Made by a program: the position numbers and the translations under genes. From a virus (Duplodnaviria; Heunggongvirae; Uroviricota; Caudoviricetes), in the IMG/VR virus record IMGVR_UViG_2541047695_000003: a stretch of DNA of 34,489 nucleotides. One strand, 5' to 3'. Of this stretch, positions 33,087 to 34,489 are shown in pieces. Numbering within the stretch: the first letter of the stretch is position 1; each line of letters begins with the position of its first letter. Below the pieces are notes generated by a model, which saw nothing but the letters and a program-made list of their open reading frames with translations, ran no database searches and was not told the DNA's origin.

Positions 33087-33506
33087 TTAAAGAATTTCAC
33101 GGCAGCTAATCAGGGAATAAGACGTATCACCTTTTTTAACATCAAATATAGGAGAACCATCAATAGAATGCAGATATTTGATGTAAGACTTACCATCTTC
33201 GGAACCATAATATTCTTCTTTCTCGTTCTTATCTTCTTTCAGTTTCGGGCTTTTGATTGTTTTATCAAATACCGGATCGTTGAAAGCAAATTGACTATTA
33301 TCATCATTCACTCGAACCTTTACACCGATAAAACCACGGTATTTGCCAGACGGCGCATGATAATAACGGTCGCCATCACTCAGGTAGCGTGTATCATCTC
33401 CTTTATGTTCGAAGTAGGAATTGCACACATAATAGGTATAGGTATTAGCATTCGCAGCACCAACCAAACCCAGAGCAAGAACAACACCCGCGATAATCTT
33501 TTTCAT
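33087..33506 (-). CDS. Secreted/periplasmic protein with cleavable signal peptide (139 aa), moron-like
   Basis: MKKIIAGVVLALGLVGAANA signal peptide with A-N-A cleavage-site motif; mature part Tyr/Asp/Lys-rich with two Cys; GAGGA SD 9 nt upstream. Confidence 0.75.
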   Translation of the reverse strand: MKKIIAGVVLALGLVGAANANTYTYYVCNSYFEHKGDDTRYLSDGDRYYHAPSGKYRGFIGVKVRVNDDNSQFAFNDPVFDKTIKSPKLKEDKNEKEEYYGSEDGKSYIKYLHSIDGSPIFDVKKGDTSYSLISCREIL

Positions 33507-33551
33507 AGTAGAATTTCCTCTTGTTATTTGAATTACGATATATTTATATCG

Positions 33552-33677
33552 TTAAAAGTTGATGCTGATTACCAAACCAAACACAACCGCACCAATCAAA
33601 TCAATCCAGTTAATACACAATCCGCTATATTCTTTCTTGAATGTCTTAGATGAAATGCCATCATGAAATTGTTTCAT
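33552..33677 (-). CDS. Small tail-anchored membrane peptide (41 aa), hypothetical
   Basis: ATG 33677 (minus), MKQFHDGISSKTFKKEYSGLCINWIDLIGAVVFGLVISINF; weak SD; below track cutoff. A second 26-aa hydrophobic ORF with GGAGA SD lies at 33681-33761. Confidence 0.25.
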   Translation of the reverse strand: MKQFHDGISSKTFKKEYSGLCINWIDLIGAVVFGLVISINF

Positions 33678-33775
33678 TGCTCACCCCATACTAACGACAA
33701 GATAAGAAAGACTAATAATAGTTGTGAGACTACCTCCCACGAATGAGATAAAAGCTAACATGTTTGATTCTCCAT

Positions 33776-33803
33776 TTAAAAAGCGGTGGGAATTGCACCC
33801 ACC
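33776..33803 (-). terminator. Rho-independent terminator on minus strand (GGTGGG-loop-CCCACC plus U-run)
   Basis: 6-bp stem 33785-33790/33798-33803; A5 on + strand at 33778-33782 gives U-run on the minus transcript, 15 nt after the stop of 33818-34204. Confidence 0.55.
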
Positions 33804-33817
33804 AAATTAGAAATTAA

Positions 33818-34204
33818 TTAAGCGCGAACGATGGTCAGAGTATCCAGCAAACCTTTTTCGTATAATTCGAAACACGTTTTATATTGCTCAATCTGGAAAC
33901 CATAGCGGGTGATCTTATTCAGTAGGACAATCGCGCTATTCTCATCTAGGTATTGTCCTTGCTGTCCAATTACATAAGTCTCACGATTCAATCTCAGCTT
34001 ACGGAAACCTTTAACACCTAATTCCTTAGCCACCGCTTTAATCTCTTTAATCTCACCCTCAGCCGCAACATATTCAGCGTCGATAATCTCAGGTGATGAT
34101 CTCAGTGCTACCAGAACTAAGGCCATTGCTTCTTCTTCTGTACGCGCAACACCAGCTTTCTCGAAAGTCATCTCACCAAATTTACGAATCATGATATTGA
34201 ACAT
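33818..34204 (-). CDS. Hypothetical protein (128 aa)
   Basis: Clean ORF with its own terminator; no motif recognised. Confidence 0.7.
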   Translation of the reverse strand: MFNIMIRKFGEMTFEKAGVARTEEEAMALVLVALRSSPEIIDAEYVAAEGEIKEIKAVAKELGVKGFRKLRLNRETYVIGQQGQYLDENSAIVLLNKITRYGFQIEQYKTCFELYEKGLLDTLTIVRA

Positions 34205-34216
34205 TGTTTTGCTGCC

Positions 34217-34489
34217 TTACTTCTTGCTGATAAACTCTTTAGCGATAAAGTTGATTACTTCTTTCAGCTTCTTGTCTGTATCGATGCACGCCGGTAATTC
34301 TTCTTTAATCTCCTGCGGCAGATACACATTCCCTTTAAAGTGGAGGAAACCATCATTACCAATCATGTAGGAGAACATCCATTCACAATCGTTATCCGCT
34401 TCCCAGAACGCTACGGTCTCATCGCCAATCAAGGTAATGTCCATGTTGCGACGTGCTGCGTAGTTGATGATTGCTTTGCCGATGTTCAT
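34217..34489 (-). CDS. Hypothetical protein (at least 90 aa); start coincides with window edge and may lie beyond it
   Basis: ORF runs to the last base of the window (ATG at 34489-34487 on minus strand), so the N-terminus may be truncated; 12-nt gap to the downstream gene suggests an operon. Confidence 0.55.
   Translation of the reverse strand: MNIGKAIINYAARRNMDITLIGDETVAFWEADNDCEWMFSYMIGNDGFLHFKGNVYLPQEIKEELPACIDTDKKLKEVINFIAKEFISKK

Noticed and set aside
1-34489. tRNA or rRNA genes
   Set aside because: No cloverleaf-compatible segment with conserved T-loop (GTTCRANYC) or D-loop features was seen in the intergenic regions; the hairpins found are short GC stems with UUCG-type loops typical of terminators.

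Overview
This window reads as a contiguous stretch of a tailed-phage (Caudoviricetes, siphovirus-type) genome, probably temperate. From left to right: (1) a leftward early unit (716-1954, minus strand); (2) a ~1.4 kb non-coding control region (1970-3398) packed with repeat families, including an array of ~9 direct copies of TTTTTGCCCCTGAAA; (3) rightward early genes including a Rha-family antirepressor-like protein; (4) a divergent pair of small HTH genes; (5) a long rightward late operon (6327-29861): lambda gpA-like terminase large subunit, portal, a protease-scaffold-major capsid fusion, connector candidates, a tail-tube-like protein, a 1174-aa tail fibre with a C-terminal autoproteolytic chaperone domain, three tandem paralogous ~100-aa Gly-rich proteins, a second tail-tube paralog, tail chaperones with a candidate -1 frameshift, tape measure, minor tail proteins, a lambda J-like tip protein, and a lysis cassette with an M15-type endolysin; (6) a T5orf172 (GIY-YIG-like) domain protein; (7) a convergent large serine recombinase, a signal-peptide protein and further leftward genes. 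No rRNA, tRNA or CRISPR array was recognised. All family assignments come from reading motifs by eye and recalled sequence; none was verified by a database search. The most unusual items are the repeat-rich control region, the triplicated small proteins in the fibre cassette, the duplicated tube-like genes flanking that cassette, and the capsid fusion with an in-frame extension past its TGA stop.
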